DNA from: Candidatus Velesiimonas alkalicola | GTDB taxonomy: Bacteria > Omnitrophota > Gorgyraeia > Velesiimonadales > Velesiimonadaceae | Direction: 5' to 3' | DNA length: 64,000 nucleotides | Assembly (NCBI GenBank): GCA_013626165.1 | Contig: NDHX01000001.1 | Coordinates: 100,817 to 164,816 of the forward strand | In this document: piece after piece, positions 39,761 through 49,883 of the stretch | Layout of the letters: each line of letters opens with the position of its first letter | How positions within the stretch are numbered: the stretch's first letter is position 1 | Position numbers and translations under genes: made by a program | The notes under the pieces: model-generated | What the model was told of the DNA's origin: nothing | Databases searched by the model: none | The model's input: only the letters and a program-made list of their open reading frames with translations

Positions 39761-40387
39761 ATGTTTGAGATAGCGGTAAAAAACATAAAAGGCGAGAATG
39801 TGGGGCAGGTTTCGCTTGATGAGGCGATATTCAATGGGAAAATAAATAAAGATGTCTTGCACGAAATACAGGTTATGGCAGAGGCTAATTTAAGGAAAGG
39901 CACTGCTTCTACCAAAACGAGGGGGGAGGTTTCCGGTGGTGGTAAAAAGCCATGGAGACAGAAAGGAACAGGAAGGGCCCGTGCAGGTTCCATAAGGTCG
40001 CCACTGTGGCGTCATGGTGGGATTGTATTCGGTCCTCATCCTCGGAATTTTCATTACAGTGTAAATAAAAAGATTAGAAAAATTGCATTAGTTTCGGCAC
40101 TAAATTCAACTCTGAAAGAAAACGCCCTTTTTGTTATAGATGCTTTTAATTTAGATTCCTCAAAAACAAAGAATGCAGCAAGCGCAATATCGTCTATTGG
40201 TGTAAGGAAACCTGTTCTTTTTGTGTTTGACAAAATAACCACAGAGGTTAACAGAGTAACAAGAAATATAGAAGGTGTCCGAATTATAATATCTTCAAAT
40301 CTTGATGCTTATAGTGTTTTAAGGTCAAGGTCTGTTGTTTTTACGAAAGATGCGTTAAATAGTATTATAGAGAGATTGAAGAAATGA
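39761..40387 (+). CDS. rplD: 50S ribosomal protein L4
   Basis: KPWRQKGTGRARAGSIRSPLWRHGG. Confidence 0.98.
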   Translation: MFEIAVKNIKGENVGQVSLDEAIFNGKINKDVLHEIQVMAEANLRKGTASTKTRGEVSGGGKKPWRQKGTGRARAGSIRSPLWRHGGIVFGPHPRNFHYSVNKKIRKIALVSALNSTLKENALFVIDAFNLDSSKTKNAASAISSIGVRKPVLFVFDKITTEVNRVTRNIEGVRIIISSNLDAYSVLRSRSVVFTKDALNSIIERLKK

Positions 40388-40662
40388 AAGACCAGTATGC
40401 AGTTGTAAAAAGTTTATTAAGAACAGAAAAAGGGACCGAACAGAAAAAGATTAATAAGTATCTTTTTCTTGTGGATATGAAGGCTAACAAGGTTCAGGTT
40501 AAAAATGCGGTGGAAAAAATATATAGTGTGAAGGTTGAAGGGGTGAACACATCAATAATGTCTGCAAAACCTAAACGTGTCCGCAATCGTCAGGGTTGGA
40601 CATCAAAATGGAAAAAAGCGGTTATTACCTTGAAAGAGGGAAACAAAATAGAAGCAGAATAA
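40384..40662 (+). CDS. rplW: 50S ribosomal protein L23
   Basis: TEK, ANKVQVKNAVE, WKKAVITL. Confidence 0.96.
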   Translation: MKDQYAVVKSLLRTEKGTEQKKINKYLFLVDMKANKVQVKNAVEKIYSVKVEGVNTSIMSAKPKRVRNRQGWTSKWKKAVITLKEGNKIEAE

Positions 40663-40689
40663 TAAATAGAACCTAAGAAAAGGAAACAT

Positions 40690-41511
40690 ATGGGAATAAA
40701 AACATATAAGCCGACAACCCCTGGGTCAAGATGGAAAACAGGTTATACATTTGAAGAAATTACAAAACAGGCGCCGGAAAAATCGTTGATAACTGTTTTA
40801 AAAAAAAAAGGTGGCCGCAATATACACGGTCATATTACAATAAGACACAGGGGTGGCGGCAATAAAAGAAGGTACAGGAGTATAGATTTTAAAAGAGATA
40901 AAACAGACGTGCAAGGCAGAGTGGTAACAATTGAATATGATCCTAACCGTTCTTCAAGGATTGCACTTATACAATATCCAGACGGAGAAAAAAGATATAT
41001 TATATGTCCTCTTGATCTAAAAATAGGAGATACAGTTGCATCTGGTCCTGATGTAGATATAAAGCCCGGCAACGCACTTCTGTTAAGAAAAATACCGACA
41101 GGCACAATTATTCATTGTCTTGAATTGCATCCTGGCAGTGGAGCAGCACTTATCAGAAGCGCAGGGGCATCAGCACAGATGGTTGCAAAAGAAGGTAAAT
41201 ATGCGCATATCAGAATGCCCTCAGGCGAGGTAAGGCTTTTTAGTCTTAATTGTTATGCAACAATAGGACAGGTAGGGAATATAGAACACGGCACAATTTC
41301 TCTTGGCAGAGCCGGTAGAGCAAGGCATATGGGAAGAAGGCCAAAAGTTCGTGGTGTTGCAATGAATCCCCATGACCATCCGATGGGCGGAGGTGAAGGG
41401 AAAGCTTCCGGTGGACAGCCAAGAAGTCCGTGGGGTCAGTATGCAAAAGGATTTAAGACAAGGAAGAAACACAAGGTTTCTGATAAATACATAGTTAAAA
41501 GAAGAAAGTAA
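40690..41511 (+). CDS. rplB: 50S ribosomal protein L2
   Basis: [25 protein letters not shown]. Confidence 0.98.
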   Translation: MGIKTYKPTTPGSRWKTGYTFEEITKQAPEKSLITVLKKKGGRNIHGHITIRHRGGGNKRRYRSIDFKRDKTDVQGRVVTIEYDPNRSSRIALIQYPDGEKRYIICPLDLKIGDTVASGPDVDIKPGNALLLRKIPTGTIIHCLELHPGSGAALIRSAGASAQMVAKEGKYAHIRMPSGEVRLFSLNCYATIGQVGNIEHGTISLGRAGRARHMGRRPKVRGVAMNPHDHPMGGGEGKASGGQPRSPWGQYAKGFKTRKKHKVSDKYIVKRRK

Positions 41512-41519
41512 AAGAAACA

Positions 41520-41783
41520 GTAGGTAGTAGATAGTAGATAGTAGGTAGTAGGTAGTAGGTAGTAGGTAGTAGGTAGTAGGTAGTAGGTAGTAGGTAGTAG
41601 ATAGTAGGTAGTAGGTAGTAGATAGGAGATAGTAGGTAGGAAAAAAAATGGTAACTGGTGACCGGTGACTGGAACCCCGGGCACCAGGGCACCCTTTGGG
41701 CAGGAGAAAACATAATCCCCCGACCCATCCTTTGGATGGGTGCCCCGCCCTTCCTTTTGTAAAGAAAGGCAGGGGTGGATTAT
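41520..41783 (+). repeat. Composite intergenic repeat type II occupying the usual rpsS position
   Basis: About 120-bp (GTAGTAG/ATAGTAG)n array plus the same downstream modules as 33718-33982. Confidence 0.9.
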
Positions 41784-41811
41784 CTTTTCTAGGATTTAAT
41801 GGGGAATTGAC

Positions 41812-42180
41812 ATGGCAAAAAAAATAGATACAAGAATTGTTTCAAAAGCATTTGCTCGTTATATAAGAATGACACCGAGAAAGGTAAGGGGTGTTATTGA
41901 CCTTGTTCGTGGTAAAAGGCTTAAACTGGCATATTCAATACTCATCGGTGTTAACAAGTCTGCAAGGCTGCCAGTTGAAAAAGTTATAAAATCGGCGGAG
42001 ACAAATGCAAAAAGGTCTTCTCCTACTATAGACACAAGCGGCCTTATTATAAAACATATATGGGCAGATGAAGGTCCCTTGCTTGGATATGGGAAAAGAT
42101 TCAGGGCTGCTCCGATGGGAAGGGCTATGCAAATAAAAAAAAAGACCTGTCATATCGGGGTGGAATTAGCAGTAAAATAA
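41812..42180 (+). CDS. rplV: 50S ribosomal protein L22
   Basis: RMTPRKVRGVIDLVRGK, ADEGP, RAAPMGRA. Confidence 0.96.
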   Translation: MAKKIDTRIVSKAFARYIRMTPRKVRGVIDLVRGKRLKLAYSILIGVNKSARLPVEKVIKSAETNAKRSSPTIDTSGLIIKHIWADEGPLLGYGKRFRAAPMGRAMQIKKKTCHIGVELAVK

Positions 42181-42227
42181 TAGTAGATAGTAGGTAGTAG
42201 GTAGTAGGTAGGAGATGGAGGTAAAAT

Positions 42228-42872
42228 GTGGGACAAAAAGTAAATCCTATTGGTTTAAGATTAGGGATTGTAAAAGACTGGAGTTCTCGTTGGTTTGCGC
42301 CTGCGAAAGATTATGCAGACCTATTAAACGAGGATGTTGGTATAAGAAAATATATCTATAAGTTATTTGCTCAGGCAATGGTTGCAAAGGTTGATATAGA
42401 AAGAGCAGGCGACCGTGTGCGGATTATTATACATACTGCCAGACCGGGAATTATCATAGGAAGAAAAGGGGCAGATGTTGACAGGCTCAAGGAAGATTTA
42501 CAAAAAATTACAAATAATAAAGAAGTTTATATAGATATTCAGGATGTAAAAGAGCCGCTCCTTAATGCAAGACTTGTTGCTGAAAATATTGCATATCAGA
42601 TACGGAAACGTATTTCATACAAAAGAGCAATGAAAAAGGCGATACAGTTAAGTATGAATGCAGGAGCAAAAGGCATAAAAATAGCCTGTGCGGGAAGACT
42701 TGCAGGTGCCGAAATGGCAAGAGAAGAAACAAGAAAAGAAGGGAAAGTTCCTCTTTCTACATTAAGGGCTAATATTGACTATGCATGTATACAGGCGCTT
42801 ACTATGTATGGAACAATAGGTGTAAAGGTTTGGATATATAGTGGAGAAATAGTGCCACAAAAAAATAGGTGA
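42228..42872 (+). CDS. rpsC: 30S ribosomal protein S3
   Basis: MGQKVNPIGLRLG, ARPGIIIGRKG, GVKVWIY. Confidence 0.98.
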   Translation: MGQKVNPIGLRLGIVKDWSSRWFAPAKDYADLLNEDVGIRKYIYKLFAQAMVAKVDIERAGDRVRIIIHTARPGIIIGRKGADVDRLKEDLQKITNNKEVYIDIQDVKEPLLNARLVAENIAYQIRKRISYKRAMKKAIQLSMNAGAKGIKIACAGRLAGAEMAREETRKEGKVPLSTLRANIDYACIQALTMYGTIGVKVWIYSGEIVPQKNR

Positions 42873-43030
42873 ATAGGTAAAAACAAGTAGGTAGTAGATA
42901 GGAAAGAATAACCAATAACCAAGTTCTAAACACCAGGCGCTAAACAATAATCAATTTTTCAAATCCCAATTATCAAACTTTGGAATTTTTTATTTCTCAA
43001 ATTGGTGTGTTTTTATGAAGGGGAGTTGAT

Positions 43031-43462
43031 ATGGCTTTAATGATGCCCAAAAGGGTAAAATATAGGAAAGCACAAAGAGGCAGAAGAAAGGGGATTGCAA
43101 CAAAAGGTTCTAACATTTCATTTGGCGAGTTCGGTTTAAAAGCACTTGAAAATGGTTGGATAGGCAACAGACAGATTGAAGCGGCACGTGTTGCATTAAC
43201 CCGTGCAGTAAGAAGAGGAGGAAAACTTTATGTAAGGCTTTTCCCGGATAAGCCCGTTACTAAAAAACCGGCAGAAACAAGGATGGGCAAAGGCAAGGGG
43301 GCAGTTGAAAATTGGGTTGCTGTTGTAAAAAGGGGTAAAATTCTTTTCGAATTAGAGGGTATTCCGGGTACTGTTGCAAAAGAGGCATTCAGACTTGCAG
43401 CGCACAAGTTGCCGATAAGAACATGTTTTGTTGCAAGAAAACATCTGTATAATACAAATTGA
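43031..43462 (+). CDS. rplP: 50S ribosomal protein L16
   Basis: [20 protein letters not shown]. Confidence 0.98.
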   Translation: MALMMPKRVKYRKAQRGRRKGIATKGSNISFGEFGLKALENGWIGNRQIEAARVALTRAVRRGGKLYVRLFPDKPVTKKPAETRMGKGKGAVENWVAVVKRGKILFELEGIPGTVAKEAFRLAAHKLPIRTCFVARKHLYNTN

Positions 43463-43561
43463 AAAAGATAAGATTGTTGTTAAATTTTTTTAAAAAATAT
43501 TACCCATAAAGAATGGTAATTTTAAGAAGCAATAGAAATACCGGAAAGCAAAGAAGATAGT

Positions 43562-43753
43562 ATGAAAGCGAAAGAAATAAGAACATTCTCCGCTGAGGAA
43601 AGAAAAAACAGGCTTGGCTCTTTAAAAAAAGAGATTTATGATATTGAATGTAGAAAAAAGACAGGTGAAGCGCAATCCAGCGGGAAGGTAAGAAACATAA
43701 GAAAGGACATTGCAAGAATTTTAACAGTAATGAATCAAAAGGAGCAAAAATGA
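43562..43753 (+). CDS. rpmC: 50S ribosomal protein L29
   Basis: [17 protein letters not shown]. Confidence 0.93.
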   Translation: MKAKEIRTFSAEERKNRLGSLKKEIYDIECRKKTGEAQSSGKVRNIRKDIARILTVMNQKEQK

Positions 43754-44004
43754 CAGGTAGGGTAAGAAAAAGAAAAGTTAAAGAGGGTGTTATTGTAAGC
43801 GACAAAATGAATAAGACGGTGATTGTTAAGGTTACAAGAAGAGCCAAACATCCTGTATATGGGAAGATTGTATCAAGGGCTAAAAATTTTATGACTCATA
43901 ATGAAAACATTGCAAAATTGGGTGATAAAGTAAAAATAATGGAAACCCGCCCTCTTTCAAAAAATAAAAGGTGGCGTGTTGTAGAAGTGGTGAAAAAACT
44001 TTAA
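43750..44004 (+). CDS. rpsQ: 30S ribosomal protein S17
   Basis: [25 protein letters not shown]. Confidence 0.97.
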   Translation: MTGRVRKRKVKEGVIVSDKMNKTVIVKVTRRAKHPVYGKIVSRAKNFMTHNENIAKLGDKVKIMETRPLSKNKRWRVVEVVKKL

Positions 44005-44064
44005 TTTCATGTGGATTATAAAATGACAAATAGCGGATTTTGTTTTAAAGAGGCAATTTAAGCA

Positions 44065-44433
44065 ATGATACAGATGAGAACTATATTAGATGTTGCAGAT
44101 AATACAGGAGCAAAACGAGCCTCTATGATAGGTGTTCTTTATAAGGGAGGAAAACTTACTGGAAGAGTCGGTGATATTATTACATGCAATATAAAAGAAT
44201 CTTCGCCTGATGCTGTTGTAAAAAAGGGCGAGGTTACAAGAGCAGTTATAGTAAGAACTAAAAACTGGATAAGAAGAAAAGATGGTTCTGCTGTTAAATT
44301 TGATTCAAATGCAATTGTAATTATAGATCCCCAAGGAAATCCTCGTGGAACCCGTGTGTTCGGTCCCATTGCGAGAGAAATAAGAGATAAGGAGTTTATA
44401 AAGATTGCGTCTTTGGCGCCGGAACTGGTATAA
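44065..44433 (+). CDS. rplN: 50S ribosomal protein L14
   Basis: VADNTGA, PRGTRVFGP. Confidence 0.98.
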   Translation: MIQMRTILDVADNTGAKRASMIGVLYKGGKLTGRVGDIITCNIKESSPDAVVKKGEVTRAVIVRTKNWIRRKDGSAVKFDSNAIVIIDPQGNPRGTRVFGPIAREIRDKEFIKIASLAPELV

Positions 44434-44459
44434 ACATAAACTTAAAAAGGGAAATACTT

Positions 44460-44813
44460 ATGTTTAAAATTAAAAAAGATGATACAGTTGTTGTTTTAAA
44501 AGGAAGGGACAGGGGAAAGACCGGAAAGGTTTTAAAAATTTTTACCTCCTGCGGAAAACCCGAAAGAGCACTTGTCCAGGGAATCCAGATTGTGAAAAGG
44601 CACTTAAAAAAAAGGAAACAGGATGAGCCAGCCGGTATAGTTGAAAAAGAGGCGCCTATAAATGTAAGCAATATTGCGCCACTATGTAGTAAATGCAAAA
44701 AACCGGCAAGGGTTGGTTTTAAGATAGAGGATTCAAAATCATCGCAAAGTGGCTCCTCCATACTTGCAAAGAAGATTCGTTATTGTAAAAAGTGCAAGGA
44801 AGCGATCATATGA
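44460..44813 (+). CDS. rplX: 50S ribosomal protein L24
   Basis: IKKDDTVVVLKGRDRGK, KEAPINVSN. Confidence 0.96.
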   Translation: MFKIKKDDTVVVLKGRDRGKTGKVLKIFTSCGKPERALVQGIQIVKRHLKKRKQDEPAGIVEKEAPINVSNIAPLCSKCKKPARVGFKIEDSKSSQSGSSILAKKIRYCKKCKEAII

Positions 44814-45352
44814 TGCCGAGAATACTTGAAAAATACAGGAAAGAAACAATCCCCCATTTAAGGAAAAATATAGGGATAAACAATGTAATGGCATTGCCCA
44901 AGATGTCCAAGATTGTTGTAAATGTTGGTTGTGGGGAAGGGGCAAAAGATATAAAGATACTTGAAGGCATAAGAAATGACCTTGCTACAATTACCGGACA
45001 GATGCCGGTTATAACAAGAGCGAAGAAGGCTATTGCAAATTTTAAGATAAGAGAAAAACAGACAATAGGATGTATGGTTACATTAAGAGGGGTAAGGATG
45101 TATGAGTTTTTTGACAGGCTTGTTAATGCAACGCTTCCTCGTATCAGGGATTTCAGGGGTGTTTCTGTTAAAGGTTTTGATGGACAGGGAAATTATAATC
45201 TTGGTCTGCTAGAACATACGGTATTTCCGGAGATTGACATAGACAGGGTTACAAAAGTATTTGGTATGAATATAACAATTGTTATAAAGAACGGAAGTCC
45301 AAATGGGTCATATCAATTGCTTAAATTGCTTGGTATGCCATTTCAGAAATAG
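44810..45352 (+). CDS. rplE: 50S ribosomal protein L5
   Basis: KIVVNVG, LPRIRDFRG, FDGQGNY. Confidence 0.97.
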   Translation: MMPRILEKYRKETIPHLRKNIGINNVMALPKMSKIVVNVGCGEGAKDIKILEGIRNDLATITGQMPVITRAKKAIANFKIREKQTIGCMVTLRGVRMYEFFDRLVNATLPRIRDFRGVSVKGFDGQGNYNLGLLEHTVFPEIDIDRVTKVFGMNITIVIKNGSPNGSYQLLKLLGMPFQK

Positions 45353-45361
45353 GAGAATTTT

Positions 45362-45547
45362 ATGGCAAAAAAGTCTTTGATAAATAAGGCAAATAGACTG
45401 CCAAAATTTAAGACAAGGGCGTATAACAGATGTAGACAATGCGGAAGAAGTGGCGGATACTTAAAAAGATTTAAACTTTGCAGGCTTTGTTTCAGAGAGT
45501 TAGCATCCCGGGGAGAAATTCCAGGTGTTGTAAAAGCAAGTTGGTAA
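45362..45547 (+). CDS. rpsN: 30S ribosomal protein S14, type Z (Zn-binding)
   Basis: RCRQCGR...[17 protein letters not shown]. Confidence 0.97.
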   Translation: MAKKSLINKANRLPKFKTRAYNRCRQCGRSGGYLKRFKLCRLCFRELASRGEIPGVVKASW

Positions 45548-45564
45548 AAATTCAGGAGGAATGA

Positions 45565-45981
45565 ATGGCTTTAACTGACCCTGTGGCAGACTTTCTTACA
45601 AGAATTAGAAATGCAAGTAATGCAAGAAAAGAAAATGTTGATGTTTGTAGTTCTCGTCTTATAAGTGAAATATTAAGAATATTAAAACAAGAAAGGTATA
45701 TTCTTAATTATAAGCAATTGGAAGAAGGCCAGAAAGGCTTACCACGAGTAAAAAACAGATATCGTGTATACTTAAGAATGACAAGAAAAGGGGAACCTGT
45801 AATTCAGGGTATTTCAAAAATTTCAAAACCTGGTTTAAGAATTTATGCAGATGTTAATAAATTGGCAAAAATCAGAAGGCACTTAGGTGTTGCTGTTGTA
45901 TCCACATCAAAAGGAATTATGACGGATAAAGAGGCAAGGAAGAACAAAATAGGCGGAGAAGTTGTTTGCAGGATATGGTAG
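45565..45981 (+). CDS. rpsH: 30S ribosomal protein S8
   Basis: DPVADFLTRIRNA, SKPGLRIY, STSKGIM. Confidence 0.97.
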   Translation: MALTDPVADFLTRIRNASNARKENVDVCSSRLISEILRILKQERYILNYKQLEEGQKGLPRVKNRYRVYLRMTRKGEPVIQGISKISKPGLRIYADVNKLAKIRRHLGVAVVSTSKGIMTDKEARKNKIGGEVVCRIW

Positions 45982-46080
45982 GGGATAGGTAAACAGGTGA
46001 CAGGTGACCGGTGCACTGGTGCACTGATGCACTGATGCACTGATGCACTGGTGCACTGGTGCACTATTAAAGAGGAAGAT

Positions 46081-46635
46081 ATGTCAAAGATAGGCAAGAG
46101 ACCGATTTTGTTGCCAAAGGGCGTTACAACACAGATAAAGTCTGATACTGTTGTAATAACCGGACCAAAAGGAGCGTGTGAAAAAACTCTTCCAACAGGT
46201 GTTCAAATTCAGCAGAATGAAAATCAAATTTTTATTACTACGCAAGGTACGGGCGCACAAAATGCATCACACTGGAATACAATTCAGGGGACCATCAGGA
46301 GTCATATTAAAAATATGATTCAAGGCGTATCAGAAGGTTTTCAAAAGGAACTTGATATTGTTGGTGCTGGTTACAGGGCACAGGTTTTGGGAAAAAAGTT
46401 AAATATATATTTAGGTTTCACACACCCTATCAATTATGATATACCTGCTGGCATAATCATAGAAGTTCCCAAACCTACATCAATAATTATAAAAGGGGTT
46501 AATAAGGAGTTAGTGGGCAGGGTTGCAGGAGAGATAAGAGGTGTTATGAGGCCTGAACCGTATAAAGGTAAGGGCATAAGATATAACAAAGAGATTGTCA
46601 GGAAAAAGGCTGGAAAGGCAGTAGCAGGAAAATAA
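46081..46635 (+). CDS. rplF: 50S ribosomal protein L6
   Basis: MSKIGKRPI, PEPYKGKGIRY. Confidence 0.97.
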   Translation: MSKIGKRPILLPKGVTTQIKSDTVVITGPKGACEKTLPTGVQIQQNENQIFITTQGTGAQNASHWNTIQGTIRSHIKNMIQGVSEGFQKELDIVGAGYRAQVLGKKLNIYLGFTHPINYDIPAGIIIEVPKPTSIIIKGVNKELVGRVAGEIRGVMRPEPYKGKGIRYNKEIVRKKAGKAVAGK

Positions 46636-46666
46636 AAATTAGTATCTAGTAGATAGAGGAAAAAAT

Positions 46667-46950
46667 GGTGACTGGCATAAGAGGCAGGAGGTAGTAGGTA
46701 GTAGATAGTAGGCAGTAGATAGTAGGTAGTAGATAGTAGGTAGTAGATAGTAGGTAGGAGGTAGGATAAAAAATGGGGACTGGCGACTGGAACCCCTGGC
46801 ACCAGGGTATCCTTCAGATGGGGGGGGGATTATGTTTTGAATTTATTTGTAATTTGAGATTTGTTTAAGATTTCCTCGTTAGAAGTAAAAAAACTTCTAA
46901 ACGGGGTTTGTATCTTCGGATACTTTCCGGGTGTGGCACTTCGGAGAACG
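46667..46950 (+). repeat. Composite intergenic repeat type I (longer copy)
   Basis: Matches 23963-24157 with about 80 extra bp at 46819-46900. Confidence 0.9.
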
Positions 46951-46982
46951 GTCTCTACGGTAAATATTGTTTATGGGGGCAC

Positions 46983-47339
46983 ATGAAAGTAAATAATCAA
47001 ATAGGATTGCTCAGGCGCCACAAGCGTATAAGAAAAAAAATATCAGGAACTGAGAAAAGACCGAGACTTTGCGTTCATAGAAGTCATAAAAATTTATACG
47101 CTCAGATTATAGATGATACGCAAGGAAAGACACTGGTTTCATTTTCTACTTTAAGCCCTGAATTTTCTGGGCAAAAAGGTGGAAATATTAAGTCTGCAGA
47201 ATCACTTGGTGAAAAAATAGCAAAGATTGCTGTGGAAAAAGGGCTCAGTGAAGTCATATTTGACAGGGGTGGCTATCTTTATCACGGGAAGATAAAGGCA
47301 TTTGCAGACGCAGCTCGCAAGGCAGGTTTGAAGTTTTAA
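46983..47339 (+). CDS. rplR: 50S ribosomal protein L18
   Basis: [19 protein letters not shown]. Confidence 0.97.
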   Translation: MKVNNQIGLLRRHKRIRKKISGTEKRPRLCVHRSHKNLYAQIIDDTQGKTLVSFSTLSPEFSGQKGGNIKSAESLGEKIAKIAVEKGLSEVIFDRGGYLYHGKIKAFADAARKAGLKF

Positions 47340-47350
47340 AGGGGGTTAAT

Positions 47351-47950
47351 TTGGCCGAGGAATTAAAAATATCTGAAGAAAAAACATCCACAGAGTCCCC
47401 AACCCAGGATGCACCAGTTATAGAAGTTACTCCTAATGTTAAAAGGTCAGATTCTTTGCAGAAAGAAACAATCACGCCCTTTATGGTTAAAGAAAAAGAA
47501 GAGGAATGGATAGAAAAGGTTGTAAGTATAAACAGAACCGCAAAGGTTGTAAAGGGGGGAAGAAGAATGGCATTTAGCGCTCTTGTTGTTACAGGCAATA
47601 CCCGGGGACAGGTTGGTTTTGGTGTGGGCAAGGCAAACGAGGTAGTAAATGCCATAAGAAAAGGTGGGAACGAGGCCCGTAAGTCTTTATTTAATGTTAT
47701 GTTAAAAGGTACAACTATTCCTTACCAGGCAATAGGGCACTGTGGGGCTGCAAGAGTTTTAATTAAACCTGCATCAAGGGGTACCGGTGTCATTGCAGGT
47801 GGTGCCGTAAGAGCAGTTTGTGAAGTGGCGGGTATAAAAGACATACTTGCAAAATGTCTTAAATCTGATAATCCTGTAAATGTTGTAAGAGCAACGGTTG
47901 ATGCATTCAAAAAAATGGGAAAGGCAGGATTAAAAGATGAAATTGAATGA
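47351..47950 (+). CDS. rpsE: 30S ribosomal protein S5 (N-terminal extension; start uncertain)
   Basis: [21 protein letters not shown]. Confidence 0.96.
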   Translation: MAEELKISEEKTSTESPTQDAPVIEVTPNVKRSDSLQKETITPFMVKEKEEEWIEKVVSINRTAKVVKGGRRMAFSALVVTGNTRGQVGFGVGKANEVVNAIRKGGNEARKSLFNVMLKGTTIPYQAIGHCGAARVLIKPASRGTGVIAGGAVRAVCEVAGIKDILAKCLKSDNPVNVVRATVDAFKKMGKAGLKDEIE

Positions 47951-48386
47951 GATTGCAAAAATTAAGGGTTGGAGAAAGAATGCAAAAAGGGTCGGCCGTG
48001 GGCCTGGCTCAGGGCATGGGAAAACATCCTGCAAAGGACAAAAGGGGCAGACATCAAGAGCGGGAAGAGCCACGAAACCGGGTTTTGAAGGAGGACAGAC
48101 CCCTCTTATAAAAAGAATACCTAAAAGAGGTTTTACAAGTTATCCCAAAACTGTCTATCAGGTAGTAAATCTTGATAGATTGAATACATTGCAAGATAAT
48201 ACAGAAATTGACTTAAAAGCAATGATAGAAAAAGGATGGATAAAGCACGGTCCTGTAAAAATACTTGGGAAAGGAGAATTAACCAAAAATGTTAGTGTGC
48301 AGGCAAATGCGTTTTCAAAAAGTGCAGTGGACAAAATAGAGAAAGCAGGTGGCAAAGCTGTTGCTTTAAGGTCCATACCTCAATAA
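47937..48386 (+). CDS. rplO: 50S ribosomal protein L15
   Basis: [22 protein letters not shown]. Confidence 0.97.
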   Translation: MKLNEIAKIKGWRKNAKRVGRGPGSGHGKTSCKGQKGQTSRAGRATKPGFEGGQTPLIKRIPKRGFTSYPKTVYQVVNLDRLNTLQDNTEIDLKAMIEKGWIKHGPVKILGKGELTKNVSVQANAFSKSAVDKIEKAGGKAVALRSIPQ

Positions 48387-48536
48387 GTTTATACCAAAGT
48401 AGGATTTTCTTGGACAGGACAATAAAAGAAGATATAGGAGATAGTTTCATGGGGACAAGTTTTTTCGTCATTCCACGATTCAATAGGTCCTGCCTGCCAG
48501 TGTGCATAGCGGGGAATCCAGGCATAAAGGAGTGAT

Positions 48537-49871
48537 ATGTTTAAGGCATTTGCAAATGCTTTTAAAATAGAGGATTTAAGAAAGAAGATTATTATTACTC
48601 TTGCACTTCTGTGTGTCTTGAGGATAGGTTCTTATATCCCTGTGCCGGGTATAGACCATGTTGAGCTGGGGAAGTTTATTAGACAGTTGCAGATGGGTTT
48701 TGCCGGGCAGGCTGTATTTGGAATGATGGATCTTTTTACAGGTGGTGCAATGAGTCAGTTGACTGTATTTGCGCTTGGTATTATGCCATATATCTCTGCT
48801 TCTATTATTTTTCAACTTCTTACCGCTGTTGTTCCCTCATTAGAAAAACTTGCAAAAGAAGGAGAAAGTGGAAGAAGAAAATTAAATACGTATATCAGAT
48901 ATGCAGCAATCGGGATAGGCATATTTCAGGCAATGCTTATAAGTGTTGGGATTGAGAATCCAAGGAATACGGGTGGTTTCTCTCTTGTCTTAAATCCTGG
49001 ATTGCCTTTTCGTTTTGTAGCCATACTTTCAATGGCGACAGGGACAACATTTATTATGTGGCTCGGCGAGCAGATACAGGAATATGGGATTGGGAATGGT
49101 ATGTCGCTTATTATCGCAGCAGGCATTGTTTCAAGAATACCTGCTGCTATTGGACTTATGGTAGAGGTTGTCAGATTAGGACAGGTGCAAGCCTACACTA
49201 TTATACCGCTTCTTGTACTTCTTGTTGCAGTTACAATGGCAATTGTTTTGATAACACAGGCTGCAAGAAAAATACCAGTACAATATGCAAAAAGGGTTGT
49301 TGGCAGGAAAGTGTATGGCGGAGCAAGTACATATATACCATTAAGAGTAAATCAGGCCGGTGTTATTCCCATTATATTTGCACAAACCATTATTATGTTC
49401 CCGGCTGTAATTGCCAGTTTTATTCCTAATGAGGCATTTCGTAAGTTTGCAGATTGGTTAACAAGAGGACATATACTTTATACATCTCTTTATGCAATGC
49501 TTATAATTATTTTTGCATATTTTTATACGGCAATAGTATTTAATCCCATAGATATTGCAGAGAATATGAAGAAATATGGCGGTTTTGTCCCCGGCATAAG
49601 ACCGGGTAAGCCAACTGCTGATTATTTTGATTTTGTTATGACAAGGATTACACTTCCCGGAGCACTTTTCCTTGCCCTTGTTGCGATATTTCCGGATTTG
49701 ATTACATACTGGTTTAGGATTCCGTATCTTCCGGCAAGCTTTTTTGGCGGCACAGGGCTTCTTATTGTTGTCGGTGTTATGCTTGATACAAGCCGCCAGA
49801 TAGAAACTCACCTTCTTATGAGAGACTATGAGGGTTTTATGAAAAAGGGAAGGATAAAGGGAAGAAGATAG
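48537..49871 (+). CDS. secY: Preprotein translocase SecY
   Basis: FALGIMPYISASII, GIGNGMSL, PGIRPG. Confidence 0.98.
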   Translation: MFKAFANAFKIEDLRKKIIITLALLCVLRIGSYIPVPGIDHVELGKFIRQLQMGFAGQAVFGMMDLFTGGAMSQLTVFALGIMPYISASIIFQLLTAVVPSLEKLAKEGESGRRKLNTYIRYAAIGIGIFQAMLISVGIENPRNTGGFSLVLNPGLPFRFVAILSMATGTTFIMWLGEQIQEYGIGNGMSLIIAAGIVSRIPAAIGLMVEVVRLGQVQAYTIIPLLVLLVAVTMAIVLITQAARKIPVQYAKRVVGRKVYGGASTYIPLRVNQAGVIPIIFAQTIIMFPAVIASFIPNEAFRKFADWLTRGHILYTSLYAMLIIIFAYFYTAIVFNPIDIAENMKKYGGFVPGIRPGKPTADYFDFVMTRITLPGALFLALVAIFPDLITYWFRIPYLPASFFGGTGLLIVVGVMLDTSRQIETHLLMRDYEGFMKKGRIKGRR

Positions 49872-49883
49872 GATAATTTTTTA

